From the NCBI GenBank assembly GCA_963823665.1, contig CAWGMQ010000001.1, positions 1-47,131 on the forward strand: 47,131 nucleotides of DNA, written 5' to 3'. Positions 29,816 to 41,903 of this stretch are shown in pieces. This stretch comes from an uncultured Planctomycetota bacterium. Lineage in GTDB: Bacteria; Planctomycetota; Planctomycetia; Isosphaerales; Isosphaeraceae. The first letter of the stretch is position 1; the number at the start of each line of letters is the position of its first letter. Made by a program: the position numbers and the translations under genes. The notes beneath the pieces are model-generated. The model saw nothing but the letters and a program-made list of their open reading frames with translations. It was not told where the DNA came from and ran no database searches.

Positions 29816-32800
29816 ATGTCCAAGGTGAGTGGTGACCAGAACTTGCTCTTTGGACTCCTCGCGCTCCAGACCGGCCTGATCAACCAGGGGGCGTTGTTCG
29901 CAGCCTTCTCCGCCTGGACGCGCGACAAAGCTCGCTCCATGGCCGAGATCCTGGTCGCGCAAGGAAATCTCGACGCTGCCCGGCGCTCGTTGCTCGACGG
30001 ACTCGTCACCGAGCACGTTAAGTTGCACGGAGACGACGCCCAGCAGAGCCTCGCCGCCATCGAGGCCGGCCAGTCCACCCGCGAGCGGCTGGCGCAGCTC
30101 AACGATTCCGAGCTGTCCTCGAGCGTCGCCTTGATCGGGGCGAAGCATCGCACGGACGACTCGGCAGCCGACCACCCTCCGGAAGGCGCCGCGCCCACTC
30201 CCTCGACCGACGGCCCCTGGTCTCCTCACCGCGCGGAGCTCTTGGCCGAGCAGCGCGATTGCTCGGCGCAAGGCCGGCGCGTCCCCGTCGAGGAATACCT
30301 GGAACGTGAACCGGATCTGTCGGACCATCCCGAATGCATCCTCGACTTGATCTACAACGAGGTCGTTCTGCGCGAACAGCAAGGAGAGTCTCCCACCGCC
30401 GAGGAATACATCCACCGCTTTCCCGAGCTGAGCGCCGCGATCCGTGAGCAGTTCGAAATCCACGGTATGTTCGCCGAGCAAGGATCGTCGTGGGATAGCC
30501 CGGTTGATGCCGGCCGCTCGACCGTTTCGGTCGGTACATGTTCCTCGAACGGACAGCGGTTCCGCGTTCTCCGGCCGCACGCCAGAGGCGGCCTGGGCGC
30601 GGTTTTCGTCGCGCTCGACACCGAGCTCCACCGCGAGGTCGCGCTCAAGCAAATCCACGACCGGCTTGCCGACGACCCGTCGAGCCGCCGCCGGTTTCTG
30701 GTCGAAGCCGAGATCGCCGGCGGTCTCGAGCACCCCGGCATCGTCCCGGTCTATGGAGTAGGCACCTACGCCAACGGCCGGCCGTTTTACGCGATGCGGT
30801 TCGTCCGAGGCGATAGCTTGAAGCAGGCCATCAATCGGTTCCACGCCGATAGCTCGCTGAAGCGAGACCCCGGCCGGCGCTCGCTCGAGCTGCAAAAGCT
30901 GTTGCGGCGATTCCTGGACGTCTGCAACGCGATTGAATACGCGCACAGTCGCGGCGTGCTCCACCGCGACGTGAAGCCGGGCAACATCATCGTCGGCAAG
31001 CATGGCGAGACCCTTGTGGTCGATTGGGGCCTTGCCAAGTCCGTTGGCCGGGCCGGAAGCAATGTGCCGCAATCCGAACGAACGTTGATTCCAACGGCCG
31101 GCAGCGGCAGCTTCGAGACCCTGCCGGGCTCGGCGATGGGCACGCCGGCCTTCATGAGTCCCGAGCAAGCCCACGGCGATCACAGCCGGCTCGGCCCCCG
31201 GTCCGACGTCTACAGCCTGGGGGCAACGCTCTTTGCCCTGCTCGCGGGCAGTCCACCGTTTGATGCGGAACCTGGTGCCGCCGTCGCCGCCATGCTTGAC
31301 GCGGTCTGGCGGGGAGAGTTCCTCCGGCCCAGGTCTGTCAATCGTTCGATCGATCGGGCGTCGAGGCAATCTGCCTGAAGGCGATGGCGCGAAGTCCCGA
31401 GGACCGCTATCCCACCGCACGCGCGCTCGGCGACGACATCGAGCGCTGGATCGCAGACCAGCCGGTGACCGCGTTTCGAGAGCCCGTCGTTCGGCGGATG
31501 CGGCGGTGGGGCAAGCGCAATCGCACGGTCGTGACGGCGGCTGCCGTGGCCATCGTGGCGGCGTTCATCGGCACCGCCGCCGTGCTCGCGGTGCAGACGC
31601 AAGCCAACGCGGACCTGACCATCGCCAACGGTCTGCTCTCCGCCTTGAACGCCCGCGAGCGCAAGAACAACGCCGAGCTGATCGCCTCCAACGAGCGCGA
31701 GCGCGCCCGTTTCGAGCTCGCGATGGCCGCCATCAAGCTCTTCCACGGCGAGGTGGCCGAAGACTTGCTCCTCAAAGAAAGGCAGTTTGAGGACCTGCGC
31801 AACAAGCTTCTCCGCGGCGCAGCCGACTTCTACGGCAAGCTCGAGGCCCTGCTCAAAGCCCAGACGGACCGGGCGTCGCGGATCGAGCTGGGCCGGGCCT
31901 ATTACGAGCTCGGGGAGCTCACGGCCAGGATCGGCAACAAGCCCGAGGCACTGGCCGTTCACCGTAAGTCGCTCGCGGCTCGCCGCGAGGAGGCGGCCCG
32001 GCCCGATGCGCCGCCGGCTTCGGTGCTCGACCTGGCGCAGAGCCTGCTCTCGGTGGGCTACCTCTACACCGAGACGGGAGACACCGCCCGTGCCCAATCG
32101 ACCTACCGCGAAGCCCGAGACCTCGCCGAGCGCCTCATCGCTTCGGGCGCCGTGACTGACGAAGCGCGGGATTCGCTCGGCCGGATCGAGAGCGCCATCG
32201 GCAATCTCCAGGCACTCGCCGGCGACACCGGTGCCGCTCTCGAGTCGTATCAACGAGCGCTGGCGATCGAGGAGAAACTCGCGCACGCAAACCCTGCCGA
32301 TACCCAGTTCCAGAGCGATCTCGCAGATACCCACACCAGCATCGGCACCGCGCGAATGGTCACCGGCGACGTGGCCGGCGCGCTCGACCGGCATCGCCGG
32401 GCGCTCGCAATTCGCCAGAAGCTCGCCAGCTCGAATCCCACCGCCACCGCAGCTCAATTCAGTCTGGCCGCCAGTCACGTCTATATCGGTAACGTTCTTT
32501 CGGAGGCCGGCGACATCTCCGGCGCGCTCGAGTCCTACCGCAGAGGGCTCGCGATTCACGAGAAGATGGCCGCCGCGAACCCCGCAGTCACGCAGTTCCA
32601 GAACGACCTGGCCGGCAGCCTGTACGGCATTGGTGAGCTCCTCTGGAAACACGGCGACCCGGGCGCCGCGCTCGAGTCGTGCCGCCGCGCCGCGGCGATT
32701 CAGTCGAAACTCGCCGAGTCGAACCCCACCGTCGCCGGTTTCCAGCACGACCTGGCCTGGACCCTGGAAGTCATCAGTCACGTGCTGGCGCAGACCGGCG

Positions 32801-33995
32801 ACTCCGCCGGCGCATTCCGCTCGCTCGGCCAGGCTCTGGACGTCCGTCAAAAGCTGGTTGAGTCGAACCCCTCCGCCACCGAATACCAGAGCACATATGT
32901 GAACACGCATAGCGCCATCGCGAGCGTGCAGCTCTCGACCGGTGACCTGGATAGAGCGGCCGCGTCCTACCGCCGGGCCGCCGCCGGCCAGTCGAAGCTC
33001 GCCGCCGCCAATCCCGCAATCACGCATTTGCAGGGCGACCTTGCCTGGAGTCTCGACGGCATCGGCCACGTGCAGTCGCGAAAGGGTGATCCAACCGGCG
33101 CGCTGGCTTTTCACCAGCGCGCCCTGGCAATTCGCGAGAAGCTCGTCGACTCGAACCCCCTTGTCACAAACGTGCAGACTGGCCTTGCGGCCAGCCACAA
33201 CAGCATCGGTAGCCTGCGGCTCGCCGCCGGTGACGCCGCAGCCGCGCTCGAATCGTTTGAGCGAGCCGTGGCCGTCCTCCAGAAACTCGTCGACGCTCAC
33301 CCCGCCGACACCCAGTTCAAGAGCGACTTGCTGTGGTACCAGAACGGCGTCGGCCTCGCTCTGGTAGGAAAGGGCGATACGAAGCGGGCGCTCGAGTCGT
33401 TCCGCCGTATCGTGGGGGGCCAGGAGAAGCTCGCCGCCGCGAACCCCGCCGTTCCAGACTTCCAGGTTCGCCTTGCCTCGAGCCTCACCAACCTCGGCAA
33501 AGCACTCACGACCGCCGGCTCGCCGGCCGAAGCGCGGCCGCCCCTCGAACGTGCGGTCGCTATTCGCGAGGCACTCGTGCGCGCCCACCCGGCGACCGCG
33601 CTCTTTCGGGGTGATCTCGCTTATAGCCTGACCCAGCTCGCGGCCGCACTTGTACCGCTGCAATGCCCCACGAGTGCGGTGGCGGGCCTGCGCCGCGCAA
33701 TCACTCTCTTGGAGGGCCTGTCGAATCCATCCGGCGAGGATCTCGTCACGCTGGCCACGGCACACGCCGGCCTCGCCGCTCTCGCGGCGCGCAAGATTCC
33801 ACGCTCGATGCCGGCGCGCGACCGGCCGAGACCCGCAAAGCGATCGAGTGCCTGAGCCGGGCCGTCGCCGCGGGCTATCGCAACCCCGACATCCGCACCG
33901 ATGCCGCGTTTGACTCTCTCAAGGCCCGAACCGACTTTCAGTTGCTGTTGCAAGACGTTGTTTTCCCGGTCAATCCCTTCGTCGCCACGCCGTGA
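29816..33995 (+). CDS. Ser/Thr protein kinase with TPR repeats; apparent frameshifts near 31360 and 33790
   Basis: kinase motifs as in the paralog; adding one C at 31360/31361 restores ALEAICLKAMA; C-terminus AVAAGYRN...FDSL..R.DFQLLL.D..FP.NPF ends at 33995. Confidence 0.9.
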
Positions 33996-34043
33996 TCGCA
34001 CTGACTTTTTGATGACTGGCTCCTTGTTTCACGAGGTTTCGAG

Positions 34044-34638
34044 ATGGGTGAAGAAACCCCTTTCCCTGATTTGCTGCGTCGCGTCCGTGCGGGCGACCAG
34101 GACGCGGCCGTCGAGCCTCGTTCGCCGGTACGAGTCGGCGATCCGCCGCGCCGTTCGCATCAAGCTGCTCGACTCGCGGCTCACCGGAGCGCTCGAGTCG
34201 ATGGACATCTGCCAGTCGGTCATGGGCAGCTTCTTCTACCGCGCCGCGCTCGGTCAGTACGAAGTGGAGAAGCCTGAAGATCTCGTCCGGCTTCTGGTGA
34301 CGATGGCCCGCAACAAGCTCACGGACCAGGTTCGCCGCCAGACGACCGAGCGTCGCGGCCGAGGATTGACGCGCAGAATGGACCTCGCCGCAATCGATCC
34401 CCCCGGCGCCGAGCCGACCGCCAGCCGCGTCGCCGCCGCCCGCGAGCTCCTGCAAGCCGCATGGGGCCGCCTCAGCCCCGACGAACGCTGGATCGCCGAA
34501 CAACGCGCCTCGGGCCGTGCCTGGGCCGAGCTCGCCGCCGAGGCCGGCACCACCCCCGAAGCCCTTCGCAAGAAACACGCCCGCGCCGTCGACCGCGTGT
34601 CCAAAGAACTCGGCCTCGACGGCGCTTCCGCCGGCTAA
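34044..34638 (+). CDS. ECF sigma factor, Ser/Thr kinase-associated type; apparent +1 frameshift at 34116
   Basis: FPDLLRRVRAGDQDAAVE then LVRRYESAIRRAVR...ESMDICQSV...MARNKL...WAELAAEAGTTPEALRKK. Confidence 0.88.
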
Positions 34639-34721
34639 TCTCGCGATCACCCCGAGGTCGAGTTCGTTTTGTACATTCGTCGCGCGTCCTTACCCCACAA
34701 GGACTACGGGAACGCACTCGT

Positions 34722-34743
34722 GTAGCAGGCACACTCCGTGTGC
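34722..34743 (+). repeat. GTAG-type REP palindrome
   Basis: GTAGCAGGCACACTCCGTGTGC; related copy on the minus strand at 44301-44325. Confidence 0.65.
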
Positions 34744-34803
34744 AATCCGCGGAGAGGGTCGAACGGTGCGTGTCGCCCGCGCTCCCCGAGCGAACGCGTT
34801 CCA

Positions 34804-34841
34804 TAATCTTAATCTTAATCCTAATCCTAATCTTAATCCTA
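34804..34841. repeat. (TAATCY)n hexamer microsatellite interrupted by the IS
   Basis: TAATCT TAATCT TAATCC TAATCC TAATCT TAATCC TA; continues as ATCCTAATCT at 37477. Confidence 0.85.
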
Positions 34842-37476
34842 CTGACGTTCCGCACATCTGCCCTTGATTATCCCGGAATATCGCCCGGCGGTAAATCGGG
34901 CAGGCGCTGGGGGTCTCTCACGCAAGTCAGCAGTCGATTACCGCTCGCAACCCATGGTCGATTTGAGGGCTCGACTGCTTGACTATCGCAAGAGTTGTTA
35001 TCCGCTCACGCTTATGTCTTGCGGTTCAGCGCCGTCGAGAACAGTCGCACGCTGGCTGACCAAATCAGCCATCGTAGACTTTCGACATACCAAGCAGACG
35101 CAGCACTCGCCGTTGCAGCCGGCTCAATTGAGTTGTGAAAACCACTGACGGTCGCCGTCCGACTTGCAGCGAGTGCCGTTGCACATCCTCAAACAGGTCG
35201 ATCAGCCGACGAGCTGTGGGATGGCGACACTTCCGACTTTCTGGATACAGAGGCAGGCTTTCAATCGCCTCGCGGTCCATGGCACGACGCAGCTCGCGTT
35301 CGAGTAGCGATTCAGCCAGGAGCACCAGAAAATAGACACAGAGCAACGCCTGAATCCGGCTGGCCTCCTTAAGATAAACCGGGGCGACTTCGAAGTCCGT
35401 CTTCAAGTGCGAAAACCGTTTCTCCAGCGCCGGCTGGCCCTTGTAGGCCAGCAACATTTCCAAGCCCGACAGTGAATGGTCGTTCGTGATCAAAGGGAAG
35501 ACTCCGTCACCCGCCGTTTCCGCGACGAGTCTCTCGTGATCGATGTGATACGCCAGCTCGAAGCGAGTGCTCGTCTTCCTGACGTATCGCGTTTGATCAT
35601 TCGGTCGACCTCGCCGGTCCTGGCGGAACCTCTCCTCGGTTCGCTCTTTGATCTCCGTGACGATCCAATTCTCAGCGCCCGCGCCCGGAGGATTTCCTGA
35701 ACGGCATCCACAACCTTCGCCTCTTGTCGAAACCGCGTCCGCGGAGATGAGAGCTTCAAACGCAGCTCCGACAATTCGATCAAGGCTCTTTCGACCTGTT
35801 GATGACGCGCATGGGAATCCTGCTCGGCTTTGCGCGTACTGTGGTACCAAACCAGTCGGTATCCTTCGACGCTCAGCGAACCCGGCTCGGAGATCGAGTA
35901 CTTATCCACAATCTTGCCGTCGTCATTTCGCTTGTCATGGATGTGCCGCCACTGGATCTGGCCACTGCCGAGTGAGTCTCGGAAGATGCCGTCCTCTGAC
36001 CGAGTCCGCGGCAGCACGGTTAAAAACCGGCCTTGGCGTTGATGGATATGGGCCATGTTCTCGGCGCTGGCCAGCTTGCAGTCCGCGACGTAGAGGAAAT
36101 CTCGCCTTCCCGTCAGGCGACAGAGAAGATCCCAGGTAGCGCGGTGGGTTTGATCGTCCGCCACGTTGCCGCTGGCAACCTGGAAGTACAACGGAACGGC
36201 ACCGTCCTTGGCCACTGTGAGGATGTAAAGTAGTTGCTTAAGGTCTGGGCGATGATCCTTGTTGTAACCCCAGGTGATCGCCATCCTGGTCCGTTTGCCC
36301 CGCATTTCTTCCTTGGCCGCGTCAGCGTATGCACCATGGAAGGTGATGGTGGTGGAGTCGTTGTGGAGCTCGTCGAGGTCCACGTCGAATTCTTTGATCA
36401 CATGGGCCACCAGCGCCAGGACCAATGAGGTGATATCGCTTTGGAACAAGCGATCGAGACAGCGTCCTATCCGGTCGTCGTTGAGAGAAGGCAGTTGGCT
36501 GTCGTTGAAGCCGAGTGCCTCAGGAGCAAACCTCGCCGCCCATTCTCCGATGCCGTACAAAGGCTCGCGGGAGAGGAGAACATTTTTGAGCAGGAGCGAG
36601 ATTCCCAGCGTAGGAGCGATTCGGCAGCGGCGGTCGGCGCGTGGGAGATACGATCGGAGAAATTCGTCGAGGCGCATGCGTGCGAGGAGTTGATTGACGA
36701 TTGGGAGGGCGTCGATGCGGTACGAGCTAAGAGCCTGCCCCTTGGCGCGAGCGATCTCACCGGGACGTGGGGGAGTAGTCGAAGAAGGAACGTGTCGTTT
36801 CTTGGGCTTCTGCATCCGTGTTGCTCCTTAGGAACTCGTGTGGTCGGCATAGACAAGATACGCTGGGGCCGCTCTGGACACATGAAGCAGAGCGACTGTC
36901 TCGCCGAGATTCCTGCGGACATGATTGTCCTGGAGGAGAAATCTTCAAGGCATCCACGGATTCCGCCACCTTAAGTATGATGTTGTAATTTGACGTAAGT
37001 CGCGTCGAATTGGACCTACGTCGGGACTCGATTTCGACAAACGGTTGGTCAAATCGCGCTTGGTGATTTCGAGAAGCGCTTTTTCCCGAGAAAAACAGCT
37101 CTTTCTCTGGGGGAAGGACAAAGATGTTCTCGACTGGCTACTTGGGTTGTCACACTCGGCGAGACTTACGTCGAAGATCGGCCAACTGAAGAATTACAGA
37201 AATTTCTGGCTCGTGGAATTGGACACTGCGGTTAGGCTTGACTTGACGAGAAGATGTCGATGTCAGGCAGGGAGTCTTGGCGTAGTGGCCTACCGGCGAG
37301 CGGGCGCGAACCGCGGCGATCACACCGGACGCGTGCGCGAGGCAATGGCCGTGCGGCCGCGAGTCACATCGCGTCCCTGGGCCAGCCTCGGTGTAATCGG
37401 CGCTGCCCAGCCCTCGTCGACTGACTTGGGCGGCGGTAATTCGGAGATAATCAGGGGCAGATGTGCGGAACGTCAG
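34842..37476 (-). mobile_element. complete IS1634-family insertion sequence, 2635 bp
   Basis: 31-bp terminal inverted repeats CTGACGTTCCGCACATCTGCCCYTGATTATC (30/31 identical) at 34842-34872 and 37446-37476; 6-bp target duplication ATCCTA at 34836-34841 and 37477-37482. Confidence 0.92.
35065..36815 (-). CDS. IS1634-family DDE transposase; apparent 1-nt deletion near 35678
   Basis: LNDDRIGRCLD.LF, HNDSTT, GYNKDHRPDLKQ, YVADCKL, YKGQPALEKRFSHLK, RIQALL. Confidence 0.9.
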
Positions 37477-38482
37477 ATCCTAATCTCAATTACTACTAAT
37501 ATGTGCCAGATTTTCGGCCTCGACCATCGCACGAGCATCATGAGTGCCAATCTCGTGCGGCATGCCGATGACTTCGTGCTCCCGACACGCTTTGTTTCCC
37601 CCACCCAAAACCATGCCCCGCGCCCACTCCCATCGTGCGAGCATGAATCTCGTTGGAAAATGGCCCGAGAAAAAAGGCCCAAAACATAGTGTACAACACC
37701 CTCGATTTGTTGTGGCAGTTTTTCGTGGCATATGCCACAAGCTTTTGTCACGGCACCAGCGTGCCGACCGCTCTGGGCTTCCCACCCCCAAAGCAGGCGG
37801 CACCGAGCACACCGGATGCACTTGCAATCGGTCACGCCATGGACCGATGCGTTCCAGACGGCTCCGCGCCCGCGACTGGATTGGCTTGCTCTGCACAAGT
37901 GCAGGAGCGACTTGCGCTTTCGTCCACGGTTCAGGTTCCTTGACCCTGGATCAAAATGATCACTTTTGATAGCAAAACAAAGGTCTCTCTCGATCCCCCG
38001 CTCGCGGCTCTCAGCCCGGAGCGCAGACCACCCGATGCACCCCGTGTGGACAGGTAAATGGCGCGATCGACTCCTGCCGTCAACGGATCGAATGACGTTC
38101 ATCTGGAATGACGAAAAAGACATCTCGCGATGTGGAAATAAATGAGGTGAGATTCGAGCCACGGACCAACCAGCATGGTCGCCCAGCCTACGGTCAGCTT
38201 CGCGACGCCTCACCGGCCATCCGCGCCGACCACGCACTTTCCCCCTGGTAATATTATGCGCCGGTTTCTGGCGTTGGCGATCTCTCGATCGGACCGTTCG
38301 ATTTTTCTGAAAATCGCAACTTCAATCGCAATAGGGGATTAACTGCTGTTTTCGGGTGGACATTTACACAACAGATGAGCCGGTTCAAAGCGCATTGAAA
38401 AGCCCCGAGAACAACTTTGCCGAACGGCTCAACCCGATCGAGGTTTTCGTGCATGAGCGCGGCATCGACGACCCAACCTCCG

Positions 38483-39226
38483 TTACCCGCGCCCCTCACG
38501 CCAAGCCGCTCGCGCCCGTTTGGCAAGGTACGCGACGGTCGCCAAGCCCAGAAGTGCCAGCGGAGTGGGCTCCGGTGCCGGCACGGGCGCGCCCGGCGAG
38601 AGTGGGGGGACCCACAAGATCCCATAATAAACCCCTTCAACACCACCCCCCATGTCGGGCAGGATCTGATACTGGCCGGGCGTTGTCAGAAGCGCAAGCA
38701 GGGACTGCGGGATGCCGCTGATGGAAGAAAATTGCGCGAGCGCGACGGCGCTGAGCATCCCGTTGGGCCCCTGAATGGTGGCCGACACGACTTGATTGGT
38801 TGCCGGATCGAGCCCGTTGATGGTGATTGTGTTGATCGTGCCGCTTCCGATTACGCCGGGATCACCAGTCCCGCTGCCCGGGGCATCCGCCGGGACAAAC
38901 TGCCCGGTGAGCGATCCCGTCAGAGACAGTGTCAGGCCCTGCGAGCCGGCCAAGGCAGTATCGGTGAGGCCAATGGTCAGGGAGATTGGCGCATTGATCG
39001 GGCCGGCCGGCAACGGCCCGACGATCCTGCTTCCCAGGGTGCCACCAGGGGGGTTGCTATAGCCGACATCGACGGTGTCGTCAGGCAGAACCTGGGAATA
39101 GTTGACCGGTCCAAAACCCGCGTTGCCCGAAATGGTCATCCGGATAGGATCAGCCCGCACTTCGAGACCGAGCGGAACAAGGAGAGCGATGCAAAACGAG
39201 AAGCATGATGCACATGATCGATACAT
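38483..39226 (-). CDS. PEP-CTERM sorting domain protein
   Basis: RBS GGAGG; signal peptide ending VRA-DPI; C-terminal APEPTPLALLGLATVAYLAKRAR. Confidence 0.85.
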   Translation of the reverse strand: MYRSCASCFSFCIALLVPLGLEVRADPIRMTISGNAGFGPVNYSQVLPDDTVDVGYSNPPGGTLGSRIVGPLPAGPINAPISLTIGLTDTALAGSQGLTLSLTGSLTGQFVPADAPGSGTGDPGVIGSGTINTITINGLDPATNQVVSATIQGPNGMLSAVALAQFSSISGIPQSLLALLTTPGQYQILPDMGGGVEGVYYGILWVPPLSPGAPVPAPEPTPLALLGLATVAYLAKRARAAWREGRG

Positions 39227-39373
39227 CGTTGTCCTCCGTGACCAGCACCGGTTCTTTGTGACGTGACGATCGCAGGGTACGGCCGTGCGGTCAAGTAGAA
39301 ACTCTGACATTTCCAGATGGTCGGCGGGGCGGGACGCTGATCTGGGGCGATCGCTGGCGGGGGCGCGGGTCGG

Positions 39374-39589
39374 ATGGGCATTGTCGAAAAAGACGCGGCT
39401 GAGTCTTGGGCAGTCCATCGCCAAGACGACAACGGCAATCAATTCGTCGTCCGCACCGGACTCGACCGGGAGGAGGCGATTCGCTTGGCCTCCGAGCTCG
39501 AGGCGAGGGGGCACAAGCAACTCTACTGGATCGAGGCCGACCCTGCGGCCGCACTGGACCCGGCCCGTCTCGAGAGTGATCAGCAATGA
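39374..39589 (+). CDS. small conserved protein (RQDDNGN / GHKQLYW family, often labelled SPOR-like)
   Basis: WAVHRQDDNGNQF...LEARGHKQLYWIE. Confidence 0.75.
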   Translation: MGIVEKDAAESWAVHRQDDNGNQFVVRTGLDREEAIRLASELEARGHKQLYWIEADPAAALDPARLESDQQ

Positions 39590-40320
39590 ATCAGCGAAGA
39601 CATCAGACTGTCGCTCCGGCAATGAGAGTGCCACATGTCCGACTGAGTGTGCGGGCGTTCCTGCTGGTTGTATTGCTTGTCGGGGGCGGCTCCGGTTGGG
39701 CGGTCCGCAGCGTTGTCCTGCAGCGTGACGCAATCCGGGCCATCGAGAAGGCGGGAGGTCGTGCCGAGTACCAATGGCGATGGTCCGGCGGCCGATACCT
39801 GCCCGCCGGCAGGCCGCCTGGACCTCGCTGGCTTCACGCCTATGTCGTGCCCGATCTCGTTGGTCACGTAACCGCTGTATGGCTTTATCACTGCGAGGCC
39901 GGTGATTCGTTGATGCCCCACCTTGGACGGCTCCGGAGTATAGAACATCTGTTAATTTGCTGGTCTCATATAAGTGATCCCAGCTTGGCTCACCTGGCGG
40001 CCCTCAAGCAACTCGAATGGTTAGACCTCGGATTCTCGACGGTGGGCGACGCAGGGATGGCACATCTGGCGGGCTTGACGCAACTTGAGTCGCTGGATTT
40101 GGGTTTCACGCAGGTAGGCGATTCCGGCTTGGCTCGCCTCGCGGGCCTCAAGGGACTCGAGGAATTGAACCTTGCTGGCACCAGGATCACTGACGCAGGT
40201 CTGGTTTATCTGACGGGCATGAGACGACTCAAGAAATTGGATCTGTCAGTGACGAGCGTTTCCCCGCACGGGCTCGAGTCTCTCAGAGCGGCCTTGCCAA
40301 GCATCGAGATCCGCCACTGA
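39586..40320 (+). CDS. leucine-rich repeat protein with N-terminal membrane anchor
   Basis: RLSVRAFLLVVLL leader; 24-aa repeats L..L..L..LDLG.T.VGDAG; start 39586 or 39622. Confidence 0.88.
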   Translation: MNQRRHQTVAPAMRVPHVRLSVRAFLLVVLLVGGGSGWAVRSVVLQRDAIRAIEKAGGRAEYQWRWSGGRYLPAGRPPGPRWLHAYVVPDLVGHVTAVWLYHCEAGDSLMPHLGRLRSIEHLLICWSHISDPSLAHLAALKQLEWLDLGFSTVGDAGMAHLAGLTQLESLDLGFTQVGDSGLARLAGLKGLEELNLAGTRITDAGLVYLTGMRRLKKLDLSVTSVSPHGLESLRAALPSIEIRH

Positions 40321-40406
40321 TACAGATAGTGCCGAGGGCGGCTTGGCCCCCACGAAAGGTCACGTGTCCGGCATCCCCAACTCCTGATTCGGCCTCTTCG
40401 CATCGA

Positions 40407-41014
40407 TCACCGCGCTGAGGATGAGTCCACGGGCCAGACTCTGCCAATCGCGCGCGTCAGGTTGGCGGATCGCCGCGCAATATAGAGGCTGGTCGTCATA
40501 TTTCGAATAACGCGACCCTGGAATTCATCGCGGGCAATGCGCCCTATTTCGTTAAGAACCGTCTGCCGATCTTGGCGAGCATTGATCTCCGAGAACGTCG
40601 CATACAGGCCCACCGTCTGTTCGGGATCGAGGTCCAGCGTCCAGGCGCTGGTGCGCTGCTCGATGAGATCAAAGGCACCCGTTCGCCTGAGCGCCTCGAC
40701 ACGCGCCGTGCTGTCCAATGCGAAGGGAACGCCACGCGTCCCGGCTGAGGGCCCGCGCGGCCCCTCAAGCAGCAGAAGCGCGGGTCGGGTTCGATGGCGA
40801 TCAGAGGCCTCGCACCAAGCTCAAGCAGTCGTCGGGTGGCTGTTCCCGTTCCTGGCCCAATCTCGAATAAAGTCTTTCCATCGGATAGGCCGCACTGCAC
40901 TACCAATGCCGTGAAAACCCAGTCCGGATACTGCGGCCGAACAGAATCGTAGCTCGCAGGATCAGCTCCGAATGCTCTCCGGCCAAAACTGCGATCGATT
41001 CCGAATTCAACCAT
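40407..41014 (-). pseudogene. class I SAM-dependent methyltransferase with internal deletion and frameshift
   Basis: AFG.DPASYDSVRPQYP, FEIGPGTG, AIEPDPR joined out of frame near 40770 to C-terminal LYATFS...LYIARR; the central motifs are missing. Confidence 0.7.
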
Positions 41015-41312
41015 CCGCGGGGCCTCCCCGGGACGAGGACCTGCTTCACGTAAGATGATCCGTCGATTGGATTCCAGTGATGCAAACAGTGTAGCCGAAC
41101 GCTACCATCGGGAGGATCGACCGTGCTGCAGCCTTGATCTTCAATCGTGACTCAAGGGACTCTCGTGCGGTTGCCCAATCTGTAACGGGTGAATATCCGC
41201 GTCGCATCAGCGGAATTCGAGACGAAGGTAAAGGGCTTACGTCAGACTTCCAATGTAAAGCCTGGACTAGAGATGAGAGTTGACAGTAATCGATGCAGTA
41301 GAGGAGGCCAGC

Positions 41313-41643
41313 GTGGTTAAAAAGGGAGTCTTGCTCGTTCTGCCGACACCCCTCCAAAGAGACGGGTCCCATTGTTGAAGGAGCCGGCATTGGGAGCTCG
41401 CGCATATTCATTCGCAGGCCCTGTGCCGAGTTGGTGATCGAGATTCTCGACCAAGAAGTTAGCCGGCGGAGCGGGAAACCAGCCAAGCTGCCAAAGTTAA
41501 CGAGCGAAATGATCGACATCTGCACGAAGGCATTGGAACACTTCGAGACGCTATCCAAACAAAGAGAACTTACAGAGACCGAACTGGAGCGTAAACAACG
41601 CGTCGAGGCTGAGCTAAAGACGCGAAGGTCCGAAGGCTCATGA
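41313..41643 (+). pseudogene. stand-alone ClpX C4-type zinc-finger protein, disrupted
   Basis: RBS GAGGAGG and GTG 41313; one extra A in 41319-41323; CSFCRHPSKETGPIVEG...IFIRRPCAELVIEILDQE with the third Cys read as Arg (CGC at 41413). Confidence 0.7.
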
Positions 41644-41903
41644 GGTGGCTCGGATGATCTATATTTGGCGCGGACATTCGGGCGCGGGACGATACTGGGA
41701 CGTGGAAAGGGTGATCCAGTATCGAGAGTTGCCAGATGATCGGTGCGGGAGATCCGCCATGCGGTTGCCGCGAATGAGGACGCGGCGGTGGATGGTCGTG
41801 GAGGCGATCGTCGGGCCCGTGACGAGAGACGTGTCCCCTGACTCGAATGCAGGTCGGGTTCGGGGAACCGCCCGGAGACGGCGGTGCTTGGGGCGCGGGA
41901 CGA

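Noticed and set aside
29479..30198. 240-aa N-terminal extension of the FHA-ABC ORF
   Set aside because: It overlaps the divergent kinase gene and is not protein-like; start placed at 29478.
20555..31420. long antisense ORFs (for example 20555-22495 +, 23622-25133 -, 25419-27326 -, 29810-31420 -)
   Set aside because: Shadow frames of well-supported GC-rich genes with no recognisable motifs.
37483..38482. ORFs in the 1-kb stretch right of the IS
   Set aside because: No motifs or consistent coding bias; only a GTGGCATATGCCAC palindrome near 37726 of unknown meaning.
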